A DNA stretch of 64,000 nt from Octopus sinensis (lineage: Eukaryota), in NCBI RefSeq assembly GCF_006345805.1, contig NC_043005.1, forward strand, positions 35,526,001 through 35,590,000. The letters run 5' to 3'. This document shows, piece by piece, positions 11,585 to 22,973 of this stretch (its first letter is position 1; each line of letters opens with the position of its first letter). The translations under genes were made by a program, and so were the position numbers. The notes under the pieces were generated by a model. That model saw only the letters and a program-made list of their open reading frames with translations, searched no databases and had not been told where the DNA came from.

Positions 11585-12821
11585 TATATATATATAGTGA
11601 GAGAGAGAGAGAGAGAGTGTGTGAGAGAGAGAGAGAGAGAGAGAGAAATCACTTAGACAAAAAATAAGGAATTATGCTATTACATGACTTTATTCGCCGT
11701 TACATGCTTTTCAAATGACCCGAGGTCCTATTTCTTCGCTGTACAATACCTTGTATGCATAATCAATTAATTAACCCTTCTCTTTAGACCTTAAAGTTCT
11801 TGTTGTTGATTTGCACATTCTCCTACAAACAAGCATATGGAAATGAGGTTGTAGATAAGGGACATATTAAATTACCTTCTTTGATTTATTATATACCTTC
11901 CAAATTTGTAGGTCAAGATGCCATCAAGTGTAAGAGCGTGTTAACCTTTGAGAACACTGCAGCAAGAAATTCCTGCTATCTAAAACGTTTGCTGGCCAAT
12001 CTGTGGAAGTGTTGTATTTTAAAGAAACTGAAAGAGAGAACGGGGTAGGCCCACAAGGTGTATAATAAGTATATGTAAAATTGCTAAGTTAATTATCCGT
12101 TTCTCTTGTACATTGAAAAAATATTAGCTTTACTATAGTTTAAGTAACATCGAATAAAATTAGATAAAATTAAACTGAATTAAGTTAGGCGCCATAGATA
12201 AGGATTAGATTAAAGATAAAAAATTACTTGGAGAAAGAATATTTGGTTTATTACAAAATGGATAATTTCGTGGGGGAAGAGGGAGAATACATGATATGAT
12301 AACGTAGGCATTAATCAATCTTATTTGTACCTAGGTAAGTCAATTATATGGGATTTTTGTGCGGAGATTTTAAGATACTTTTTGAATAAATGAGAACAGC
12401 TAATAATATCTCATTATGTTTGTTAAGTTTCATTACACTTGAGTATTTCCAACGCATCCACCGAGCACATATTACAGCTTCGCCGCTCCCTATGTAAGGA
12501 ATAACACTACATGTAATCGTCCACGAAATAGAGCTGTTTATATTGCGCCTTATGAAATTTCAGATGAATTTAACTAACGAAGTGGTGTTTTCTTTTCTCT
12601 TGTATTTAAAACAATGAATATAACCTGTATGTAACCTGGCGTCGAAATTGGAAGCAGTAAGGCCTATGTAATAATGAACACTTCCAGGTCTACATACATA
12701 ACAAAAATATACATGCATACATAATACATACATACATACAATATATACATATATATTTTGTATATGTATATGGGTATATATGTATATATATACATATATA
12801 TATATATATGTATATATATAC

Positions 12822-12859
<38 letters not shown>

Positions 12860-12983
12860 CTGTGTCTGTGTGTGTACATACACACAGACACAGACATACA
12901 CACAGACACAGACATGTACACACACATAAAGAAGCAGTCTTCTCCGTCTCCTATGTGTGTGTCTATGTATAGGTGGCGTGTGT

Positions 12984-13040
<57 letters not shown>

Positions 13041-13041
<1 letters not shown>

Positions 13042-14267
13042 GAGGAGAAGTAAAAATTATCCACATTTTTACCATAACATCCGCACTTTCACCAAACCTT
13101 TATTATTGTCACACTGCCTTCTGTGTATGCGTTCTTATAGTTGGTATTATTGTGGTCACGTGATCGAAGTTTGAGCCCGATCGTGCTTTTTTTCTTTCTG
13201 TTTTTTTTTTATAAGCATGGCCGCTCTACTAGCAATGTGCACCAAAGAAGAACAAAGAGCAGTGATCAGATTTCTCTAGTCGGTAGGTGTGTCAGGTGCT
13301 GAAATTCATCGGAGGCTTTTAGAACAATACGGACACAATGCACTACCGCGTAGAAGTGTGTATGAGTAGATCGAGAAGTTTAAAAGTGGCCGGACAAGCC
13401 TGACACATGGAGAGGGAGCAAGACACCCGTCAATCTCCAGCACTGGCCAGAAGATTCAGCAAGCTCGAGAGATGGTAATGGTAAACCGACGAGTTATCAT
13501 CGTAGAGGTAGCTCATTCTCTGCAGATTTGTCATGGTTCTGCCTATCAAATCATCCACAATGAATTCGTCTTCCATAAAGTCTGTGCAAGATGGGTGCCA
13601 AGAGAACTTACTGTAGAACACAAGCGCAAACGTCATGAGATCTGTCCACGTTTACTCGATCGCTACAGCAATGAGGGCGAGGAATTTTTGAGCAGAATAG
13701 TCACACATGCTACGTGGGTTCATCATTATGAGGCAAAAATCCAAAAGACAGAGTATGGAGTGGAAACATTCTGGCTCACCAGCGACGAACAAATTTAAGA
13801 CTCATTCCCCCGCGGGAAAGGTGGTGCTAACCCTGTTTTGGGACTCAAAAGGACCTGTACTGGAAGACTACCTTGGAAAAGGGGTGTACGATTAACAGTT
13901 CAAGATACAGTGCTTTGCTGGCCAACAAACTGAATCCAGCAATTCGCACCAAACGCCGAAGCCTATTGTCGAAGAAAGTTTTGTTGTTGCATAACAATGC
14001 ACGCCCACAGACGGCCGCCCAAACCGTTGAAACCATAAACCAATTGGGTTTTAAATATGCTGGAAGACCCTGTTTACAGCCCAGATCTCGACCCTTCCGA
14101 CTATCATATCTTTGGATCCATCAAAGATGGTTTACGAGATCGTCGATTTCCTACGGATGAAGATGTGAAGGAAACGGTGCATAAATGGTTGCACGCCCAA
14201 CAGAAAACTTTCTTCTTGGAGGGAATATTCAAGCTTGTGGACCGCTGGACCAAGTACATCGAAAAGG
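13041..14267 (+). mobile_element. mariner (irritans-like) transposon, near full-length pseudogenised transposase, 3' TIR missing
   Basis: TA plus TIR-like CGAGGAGAAGTAAAAATTATCC at 13041 and ATG at 13217. Motifs KEEQRAVIRFL, KVCARWVPREL, TWVHHYE, GKVVLTLFWD, LLHNNARP and YSPDLDPSDYHIF. It carries stops and frameshifts. Confidence 0.95.
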
Positions 14268-14465
14268 GAGAGAAGAGGATGCCTTCCTGAGGTGCCTTTG
14301 ATACTAAGAGGTCAAAATTGCGTGAGGTCTCTTTGGTCACTTTACAATGGAGAAGTTTATTGTTGATCTAATCTCTTTGTTAATCGTTGTTTGTTTGCTA
14401 TTTACACATTTAACCTCGTCTGTGTATCGTCCTCTATGTTTTGTGTTCGGCCCTGGTGGCCAATA

Positions 14466-14547
<82 letters not shown>

Positions 14548-14570
14548 TATTATTATTATTATTATTATTA
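14268..14570 (+). mobile_element. 3' end of a LINE (L1/Tx1-like 3' UTR) with (TAT)n tail
   Basis: Abruptly replaces the mariner C-terminus and ends GGCCCTGGTGGCCAATAAAG followed by (TAT)n. The clade is inferred. Confidence 0.45.
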
Positions 14571-14579
14571 ACCCGTTCT

Positions 14580-14978
14580 AAGGCGGCGAGCTAGCAGAAA
14601 CGTTAGCACGCCGGGCGAAATGCTTAGCGGTATTTCGTCTGCCGCTACGTTCTGAGTTCAAATTCTGCCGAGGTCGACTTTGACTTTCATCCTTTTGGGG
14701 TCGATTAAATAAGTACCAGTTACGCACTGGGGTCGATATAATCGACTTAATCCGTTCGTCTGTCCTTGGTTGTCCCTTCTGTGTTTAGCCCCTTGTGGGT
14801 AGTAAAGAAATAGGTATTCGTCTCCTGCTACGTTCTGAGTTCAAATTCTACCGAGGTCGACTTTGTCTTTCATCCTTTCGGGGTCGATAAATTAAGTAAC
14901 AGCGAAACACTGGAGTCGATGTAATCGACTCACCCCTCCCCCAAAATTGCTGCTCTTGTGGCAAAATTTAAAATCGTT
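14580..14978 (+). mobile_element. SINE family B full copy followed by a second partial copy
   Basis: The full copy at 14580-14812 ends AAAGAAATA, then GGTATT restarts the family body (14813-14978) with the alternative tail. Confidence 0.9.
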
Positions 14979-14984
14979 ACTAAT

Positions 14985-15197
14985 CCTTTCTACTACCGGC
15001 ACAAGGGCTGAAATTTGGAGGAGGGGAAAAGTCGATTACATCGACCCCAGTGTGTAACTGGTACTTAATTTATCGACCCCGAAAGGATGAAAGGCAAAGT
15101 CAACATGGGCGGAATTTGAACTTAGAACGTAACGGCAGACGAAATACGGCTACGCATTTCGACCGGCGTGCTAACATTTCTGCCAGCTCGCCGCCTT
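14985..15197 (-). mobile_element. SINE family B
   Basis: Reverse complement of family B, convergent with the preceding copies. Confidence 0.9.
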
Positions 15198-15207
15198 AAT
15201 AATAATA

Positions 15208-15262
<55 letters not shown>

Positions 15263-15264
<2 letters not shown>

Positions 15265-18039
15265 CCGCATAGCGAGGTATGAAAAGCGTGTTAGATTTTT
15301 CAAGGACAACAACATGTTCAAAAATAACACCAAGAATTTTTACAGGAAGATAGGAAAAACAGCGTTTACTGCAGGGTCTGTACCATCAAAAGAAGAAGTG
15401 CAGAGATTTTGGAATAAAATCTGGGCAGAAGAAAAAACACACAACGAAAAGGCCCCCTGGATTGACAGAATATCTACAGAACTGGACCCCTTAGAAGAGC
15501 AAAAGTGGGAGGGTGCCAAGGTAGAAGATATAAGATCTGCTCTCAGGGTCAAGCAAATGGAAGTCTCCAGGAAAGGATAAAATTCCTAACTTCTGGCTGA
15601 ATGCCTTCCCAGAGAGCCATGAACTGCTAACAGAACTGTACAATGATGTTCTGCAACACCCTAGTAGGATGCCTCCTTGGCTAGTTAATGGTTAACATTC
15701 CTGCTTCCAAAAAGTGAAGAAACAAATGAACCAAAAAACTATAGACCCATAACCTGCTTAACAACTATGTACAAAACTCTAACATCTGTCCTGACGGAAT
15801 ATACCTATAGTTTTTTAACAGACAGCAGCATATTCCCTAATGAACAGAAAGGATGTAAACGTGGATCCTACGGCTGTAAAGACCAACTACTCATCAATAA
15901 GATGATCTTAGAAGATTGTCACAAACGACACAAAAACTTATCAATAGCCTGGATAGACTATAAAAAGGCTTTTGATAGCCTACCACATAGCTGGATTAGG
16001 AAATGCCTTGAAATGTATAAGATAGCACCAACTCTGCGAAACTTCTTGACTGTAAGTATGAGATCATGGAGAACCACACTAACTCTGAACAGTGACAGTG
16101 AATCCCTAAATGCTGGTGATGTAAAAATTTCGTGTGGCATTTTCCAGGGTGACTCACTGTCACCACTCCTCTTTTGTTTATCCTTAATACCTCTCTCAAA
16201 GCTGCTCAATGACGCGCAGTACGGTATAAAATGCTTGATAAAAATATAAATCATCTCGTTTACATGGATGATTTAAAGCTTTTTGCAAAAAATGATCAAC
16301 AACTCAAGGGCTTACTAGCGATAGTCAAACAATTCAGTGACGACATCAGAATGCAATTCGGCCTCGATAAATGTGCAAAGGCTACCTTTATCAAAGGAAA
16401 AATGACAGAAACATCTAACGTTAACCTTGACCAACAGAATGTCATAAAAGAACTAGACCCAGCGGAGAGCTACAAGTACCTAGGGGTAATTGAAGGGAAC
16501 GGAATAAGGCATTCAGAGATGAAGGAAAGGATCAGGAGAGAATGCTATCGAAGAGTGAGAGCAATACTCAAGACAGAGCTGAATGCAAGAAACAGGATCG
16601 AAGCAATCAATGCATTAGCTATACCAGTCGTGACTTACAGTTTCAATATTGTTAACTGGTCAATTACTGAAATATGTCAGCTCGACAGAAAAATAAGGAA
16701 ACTGTTGACAATGCATAGAATGCACCACCCTAAGGCAGATACAGAACGACTCTATCTGCCAAGAAAAGAGGGAGGCCGTGGTCTTTTGCAACTGGCAATA
16801 ACAATGAAGATTGCTACAATTGGCCTAGACACCTACCTGAAAAACTCTGAGGACTGGATGTTAAAACTTGTCTCAAAACATGAAAACAAGAAAGCATCAT
16901 ACTCAGTCACAAAACAGGCAAAGGAATATCTAAGTGAATTCCGAATACAACCAATTTCGGAATTAGAGATAGACATACAAGAAACAAGCACAGAAAAAGC
17001 TAGGCGCATGAAAACCCGTGCCAAAACTGCGGCCTTAGATATTCTGAATAATAAATGGCAAGAAAAACCTCTCTACGGCAAATACCCAAAGAGAGCGAAT
17101 AATGCAGATATCGACAAAGCCCTGACCCATCAATGGCTAATGGCCTCTGGCTTAAAATCTGAAACAGAGGGGTTTATCATAGCAGCTCAAGATCAATGCC
17201 TACCAACAAGAAACTACCAGGCCAACATATTAAAGATCAGAAGCAGTCCAACGTGTCGTGTATGCAAGCAACAAAATGAAACCATTGACCATGTGGTCTC
17301 CAAGTGCAGTCTTCTAGCGCCTACAGAGTATCTCAACAGGCACGATAGAGCTGCACAATATATTCACTGGGTAATCTGTAAAAACCTGGATTTGCCCCAT
17401 GAAAAAAACTGGTGGGAACACAAACCACCCCCAGTGCTTGAAAATGACCACATCTCACTCCTCTGGAACTTCACCATTCAAACTGACAGGAAGATAGATG
17501 CAAATAGGACAGACAACATATTGAAAGACTTCAAACAAAGAACATGCCTCCTCATTGATATGACTGTCCCAATCGATATAAACGTATCTGTCAGGACCTA
17601 CCAAAAACTGAGCAAATATAAAGATCTTGAAATAGAAATCAGCAAAATGTGGAAGCTGAAGACTAAAACAATACCTGTTGTCATAGGTGCCCTGGGAATG
17701 ATAGCAAAAGGGGCTGATAGCTACCTAACTCAGATACCAGGAAACCCAAAAATGGCAGAAGTTCAAAAGATAGTGCTCATGGGAACTGCTCATATCCTAC
17801 GCAAAATACTCTCTATGTAACCTCAAGGTTTAAAACAACCATAATTTTCGGTTTAAAAAAAAAAAAAAAAAAAAAACTTTTTTTTTTTTAGACATTCATT
17901 AGTACAACATCCCCACCCCCCAAATATATGGCACACTAGGCATAACAACAACATGAACTTCCAACCCTGTTGTCTCTTGAGGTCTCTGGGTGAGACTTGG
18001 AGCCAACTTGTACAAATATAAAGCAAAAGTCAAACATAG
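15263..18039 (+). mobile_element. R4/Dong-clade RLE non-LTR retrotransposon, 5'-truncated
   Basis: RT motifs (NYRPITCL, EQKGC, WIDYKKAFDSLPH, GIFQGDSLSPLLF, HLVYMDDLKL), CCHC knuckle (CRVCKQQNETIDHVVSKC) and RLE region (RTDNIL..LIDMTVP..KLSKYKDL..PVVIGALG). About three 1-nt frameshifts. Flanked on both sides by (AAT)n. Confidence 0.95.
16231..17820 (+). CDS. C-terminal 529-aa open segment of the R4/Dong polyprotein (RT end, zinc knuckle, RLE endonuclease)
   Basis: ORF track and the motifs listed for the element. Confidence 0.9.
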   Translation: MLDKNINHLVYMDDLKLFAKNDQQLKGLLAIVKQFSDDIRMQFGLDKCAKATFIKGKMTETSNVNLDQQNVIKELDPAESYKYLGVIEGNGIRHSEMKERIRRECYRRVRAILKTELNARNRIEAINALAIPVVTYSFNIVNWSITEICQLDRKIRKLLTMHRMHHPKADTERLYLPRKEGGRGLLQLAITMKIATIGLDTYLKNSEDWMLKLVSKHENKKASYSVTKQAKEYLSEFRIQPISELEIDIQETSTEKARRMKTRAKTAALDILNNKWQEKPLYGKYPKRANNADIDKALTHQWLMASGLKSETEGFIIAAQDQCLPTRNYQANILKIRSSPTCRVCKQQNETIDHVVSKCSLLAPTEYLNRHDRAAQYIHWVICKNLDLPHEKNWWEHKPPPVLENDHISLLWNFTIQTDRKIDANRTDNILKDFKQRTCLLIDMTVPIDINVSVRTYQKLSKYKDLEIEISKMWKLKTKTIPVVIGALGMIAKGADSYLTQIPGNPKMAEVQKIVLMGTAHILRKILSM

Positions 18040-18302
18040 AATAATAATAATAATAATAATAATAATAAGAACAACAACAACAACAACAATAACAATCACA
18101 ACAATATTATTATATTTATTGACTGCAGACTCGTTCAGGTGGAGTTTCGACTCAGAATGCGGCGTTTTATAAATTCTGCCTATCCAACGACCACAATACA
18201 TTCTTTATTTGCCACAGTTCTCAAAGATAACGGGTAAAGTACAAAGGACTGACATAAACAAATGTAAACAAGATACAAAAAAGTAATGAAAATATCAATT
18301 GA

Positions 18303-18470
18303 AGCAGAGGCATGGTTGTGTGCTTTAGAAGTTTGCTTTGCAACCATGTGGCTTCAGGTTCAGTCCTATTGTACGAAACCTCGGGTAATGAGCATCGTCC
18401 ACCATAGCTCCGAACTGAACTGTGCCATGTGAGGGAATTTGGTTTAGGGAAAGTTAAGTGGAAACCCGTT
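18303..18470 (+). mobile_element. SINE family A head fragment
   Basis: Degenerate match to the family A 5' region. Confidence 0.65.
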
Positions 18471-18493
18471 ACACACCACACACACACACCACA

Positions 18494-18524
<31 letters not shown>

Positions 18525-18537
18525 TTTATATACATGA

Positions 18538-18742
18538 AAGGCGGCGAGCTGGCAGAAACGTATTTCGTCTGTCGTTACGTTGTGAGTTCAAATTCCGCTG
18601 AGGTCGACTTTGCCTTTCATCCTTTCGGGGTCGATAAATTAAGTACCAGTTACGCACTGGGGTCGATGTAATCGACTTAATCCGTTTGTCTGTCCTTGTT
18701 TGTCCCCTCTGTGTTTAGCCCCTTGTGGGTAGTAAAGAAATA
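18538..18742 (+). mobile_element. SINE family B with internal deletion
   Basis: GGCAGAAACG joins directly to TATTTCGTC. Tail GTTTAGCCCCTTGTGGGTAGTAAAGAAAT. Confidence 0.9.
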
Positions 18743-19135
18743 TATATACATATATAATATAAATAAATAGCAAGGATGTACTTATTTACATTGTTCACCT
18801 AACTTGGACCTGTGCGGACTATAACGTTCTGGCAAAGTGCCTCAATTTAAGTACTTAATTCAACTGTATCTTAATTAATTATATATCTGTGTGTGTGTGT
18901 GTGAAGTGTGCATGTGCGTATATAGTCTTGTGTTTCAGTCATCAAATTGTGTATGTATGTGTGTGTGTGTGTGTGTGTGTGTGCTTGTCTGTCTGCATTA
19001 CATGTGCACTTATCTATCTGTTTACTTACATATCCATTTACTTACATACATGTATATATAATAATATAAATAATATATAAATATATGCATATATACATAC
19101 ATATATGTACATACATATATATATGTATATATACA

Positions 19136-19393
19136 TGCATATATGGTTATAGGACATCAAAAAAACTTTGAACACAATGAAAAGCGAAAACATAAAAACA
19201 AAAACATATAAAACGAACTTTTTCGAACAACGAAAAAAACAGAGAAACGAAACATGCAACATAAAAAATATTCCCTTTCATCAGTTGTCCCTGTTTCATC
19301 TACTTCGCGTTCGAAGGCAAAGACAATACGCAACTTCATTGAAACAGTCCTTCCCGCAAAGCAAATTAAATAAAATTTGGGATTTATTGCGAA
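19136..19393. repeat. unassigned ~250-bp interspersed repeat (second copy at 45716-45981)
   Basis: Shared blocks CCCTT(T)CATCAGTTGTCCC and AACAGTCCTTCC.GCAAAGCAAATTAAATAAAATTTGGGATTT. Confidence 0.8.
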
Positions 19394-19394
19394 G

Positions 19395-20015
19395 GGTTAT
19401 TGCTCCCCTGTATACTCGAACCCTATCTTTCTGATCATAGAATTGCCTGCTGTGCATGAAGTTCTGTACATGTTTCTTTGTTTCATAGGGTTCGCATAGG
19501 AGGAACACGTTGTTCATTATCCTAAGTCTGCTATCAGTATGTTGATTTTCATGTTGTGTGACAAAGCTGAGTTCTTGTGAACAACATATATAGAAGTTAT
19601 GGGTTTCATGTAATAGGAGTGGAAGAGCTGCACTCTGTTGTTCACAATCTCTAACCAAAGTTCGGTATCAAGGACAGGGAGTCTATTGTTAGGGTGTTAC
19701 CTTGAAACTTTGGTGGATGGAGTTAGCTTTGTGATGGACGCTCTCCATTATGCCCCTCTCGGTTTCTACACTACAGTTACTAGACTTTTTTCCTAACTAG
19801 AATATTAATGTCATCTACATACCTACAGAAAAGCAAAAGAGTTTTGGCTTGTTTATGCTTTCTATTCCACCAGGTCATGAAGAGACCAGCTACACCGACA
19901 CCAATGGCTACACCTTGGACCTGCATGTATAGTTTCCTGTTAAACGTTACTATGTCATCGTTCAATGTGGTTTTTATGCTAGCCCCTATTGCATGTGCAA
20001 TCATTCTTTTCACAT
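19395..20015 (-). mobile_element. Penelope-like element RT remnant
   Basis: The minus strand gives FNRKLYMQVQGVAIG, FCRYVDDINIL and NNRLPVLDTELWLE..YMKPITSIYVVHKNSALSHNMKINILIADL, i.e. PLE-type RT palm and thumb motifs, frameshifted. Confidence 0.75.
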
Positions 20016-20063
20016 ATGTGTATACACATTCACACTGACGCACACATATGAGCACAAACGTAC

Positions 20064-20551
20064 AGCTGTGAGGGGAAATCGTCGAATCACCATCCGTGAG
20101 TTATCAGAGGATGTGCAGATTAGTTATGGTGCAGTTCAGTCCATTATCACTGAAGATCTAGGTATGAGGCGCGTGTCTGCCAAGTTTGGGCCAAAACTGC
20201 TTTCAGCTGACCAAGAAGACACTCGGGTTTCAGTTGCACAAGATATCCTTGATTGTGTCGACATCGATGAAAACTTTTTGAGAACTTTGCGTAGGCCTCT
20301 GAGCAGGTACCGCCAAGCATCTGGCAAAATTTGATGTAGATTCTCTGCTTAACTTTTTCTGCCATCGAAGATCACACGCCACACACCTTCCTTCCAAGCA
20401 CTGCTGTAAAGAGCGGAAGTGAGCAAGAATGTTAAAGCTTAGTGTGCATGCACATCAGAATTCGCGGTCAATCTGTGCCAAGTGGCTTCACTATGCTTGC
20501 TTTTGTTTCCTTACTATAGCAACAGTCTGGATACTTATTGATCAGACCACG
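20064..20551. mobile_element. rearranged mariner: 5' end on minus strand fused tail-to-tail with an internal piece on plus strand
   Basis: TIR CGTGGTCTGATCAATAAGTATCCAGACT with TA at 20551-20553. The minus strand gives MAEKVKQRIYIKFCQMLGGTCSEAYAK and the plus strand gives NRRITIRELSEDVQISYGAVQSIITEDLGMRRVSAKFGPKLL..ENFL. Junction at about 20285. Confidence 0.85.
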
Positions 20552-20697
20552 TATGTGTGTCCGATCATAGGTGACTGTTGAATGATTCGATAACACAGTG
20601 TACTATTGATATATCACATGCTAAATGTCTCTCACACGACACCTGTGTAACCCCAGCCAATACATTAAAGTAACTGCGATGACAGACTTTTAATATC

Positions 20698-20930
20698 TGT
20701 TTCTTTACTACCCACAAGGGGCTAAACACAGAGGGGACAAACAAGGACAGACAAACGGATTAAGTCGATTATACCGACCCCAGTGCGTAACTGGTACTTA
20801 ATTTATCGACCCCGAAAGGATGAAAGGAAAAGTCGACCTCGGCAGAATTTGAACTCAGAACGTAACAGCAGCCGAAATACCGCTAGGCATTCCGGCCGGC
20901 GTGCTAACGATTCTGCCAGCTCGCCGCCTT
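20698..20930 (-). mobile_element. SINE family B with probable 7-bp TSD (TAATATC)
   Basis: Full reverse-complement copy. TAATATC occurs at 20691-20697 and 20930-20936. Confidence 0.9.
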
Positions 20931-21177
20931 AATATCATTTCCTCAACAGGCCCCATCCAATATATATATCGCCCTCTAAGACAGTTTCACCTGTATATAT
21001 ATATTCTTTCTTTCATTTTCTAGTTATCGTCTCGCGCTTTAAACTTCGTGTAATCTAATTTTTCCTCTGCCGGTCTCATACTATCTATATCCTTCTGCTA
21101 TTTACTTTCCATTGACAACAACAAAAAAAAAAAGATGCTTTCTTCCTTTCTTGTCTGCAGTTTATATATATAGATAT

Positions 21178-21555
21178 GGAGGCGCAATGGCCCAGTGGTT
21201 AGGGCAGCGGACTCGCGGTCGTAGGATCGCGGTTTCGATTCCCAGACCGGGCATTGTGAGTGTTTATTGAGCGAAAACACCTAAAACTTCACAAGGCTCC
21301 TGCAGGGGGTGGTGGTGAACCCTGCTGTACTCTTTCACCACAACTTTCTCTCACTCTTTCTTCCTGTTTCTGTTGTGCCTGTATTTCAAAGGGCCAGCCT
21401 TGTCACACTCTGTGTCACGCTGAACCTCCTCGAGAACTACGTTAAGGGTACATGTGTCTGTGGAATGCTCAGCCACTTGCACGTTAATTCCATGAGCAAG
21501 CTGTTCCGTTGATCGTATCAGCTGGGACCCTCATCGTCGTAACCGACGGAGTGCT

Positions 21556-21557
<2 letters not shown>
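21178..21557 (+). mobile_element. tRNA-derived SINE, family C
   Basis: tRNA-like head with pol III A box (TGGCCCAGTGG) and B box (GGTTTCGATTCC), followed by a non-tRNA body. The head is shared with 61922-62213. Confidence 0.9.
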
Positions 21558-21592
<35 letters not shown>

Positions 21593-22007
21593 ATATGGAT
21601 ATTTAATAATAAGGACAATCGTAGCAGTGTCTCATTCCCTAACTGGAGCGGGCAAATAACAGCATGGGCGCCCAAGTTGAAGGTCTTTCACGAGAAACTG
21701 ATTTATGCATGAATATACCTTATGTGACCCAGATTGCAAAATTAATGCAACGCAGTATGATGATCAGCATCCCACTCATAAAGGACAGTCGCAGGATGGG
21801 TCGAGGTGATCGTCGTACAAAATAAAGAATTTTACCAATTTCATCCTCTGTTAACATAATCGATTATTGTCTCAACTAATACTGCGGAATTATTCCTGAA
21901 GTTGATCCAACGTAGATAAACCTCAACCGCAGATGACAGCAGGTAGCCCAAACTGCCAGTGCTTGACTTAATGCATCAGTACACTAACTGACATATATTC
22001 ATTAGTT

Positions 22008-22052
<45 letters not shown>

Positions 22053-22061
22053 CATGTATAA

Positions 22062-22275
22062 CGTGGCGAGCTGACAGAATCGTTAGCACGCCGGGCAACA
22101 TGCTTAGTGGTACTTCGTCCATCTTTATGTTCTGTGCTCAAATTCTGACTAGGCAGACTTTGCCTTTCATCCTTCCAGGGTCAATAAAATAAGTGCGAAT
22201 TGAACACTGGGGTCGATGGAGCCGACTTATTTCCTCACCCGAAATTGCTGGCCTTGTGCCAAAATTCGAAATCAA
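22062..22275 (+). mobile_element. SINE family B (older tail variant)
   Basis: Family B head and tail GAAATTGCTGGCCTTGTGCCAAAATT. Confidence 0.85.
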
Positions 22276-22372
22276 TATTGTGTGTGTGTGTGTGTGTGTG
22301 TGTGTGCACGCGCGTGTATGTGTCTTTGCTTCTGTGTTTGTCACTCTACACCACTTAAAAGCCGGTGACTGA

Positions 22373-22621
22373 CAGAAGAGATTACGAAAAATCCCCAATA
22401 GTGGGGATCAAGCAAAGAGCCTCTATATCTTCGATTATCCTGATCATGAAAAGCAGTTTTCTCCTCCCAGCTGTCACTTCACGGTTGCGGTTGTCACTTC
22501 CATGCGCACGCACCGAGGTGACGCATTCATTCGAGTCACGTCTACCACTTTCAACCGCTGTTTGATAGCACATTTATTGGCGGGCAGGACCACCCACTCT
22601 ATCTTCACCATCTCGCTCTAA
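22373..22621 (+). pseudogene. possible decayed Helitron PIF1-helicase fragment
   Basis: Stop-free 82-codon frame with LYIFDYP and IAHLLAGRTTHSIFTISL, resembling FFLDAPGGTGKT..IAATLL.GGRTAHS.F.LPL. The Walker A motif is lost and the spacing is longer than consensus. Confidence 0.3.
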
Positions 22622-22872
22622 AAAATGGATCCTGGCAGAGGTGGCAGTGTCATAAAAAAATGTTATTAAAGAGAAATATCCGTTGTCACAAGTAGCATGT
22701 GGTTCAAATACTACAAAGGTTTATGGAGAAACCTTTATTAATTCAGATGTTTTTGTTTTTCATTCATTCAGATCAGTCATTCATCTTTAAAAAAAAATAT
22801 TTTAATATCTCTCTATTGCTTCGTTTATTTTTTCTTTTGCTTGTATTACCATATATATATATTATATATATA

Positions 22873-22930
<58 letters not shown>

Positions 22931-22931
22931 T

Positions 22932-22973
<42 letters not shown>

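Noticed and set aside
21178-21252. tRNA gene
   Set aside because: It has A/B boxes but continues into a SINE body, and the same head recurs at 62213, so it is a SINE head.
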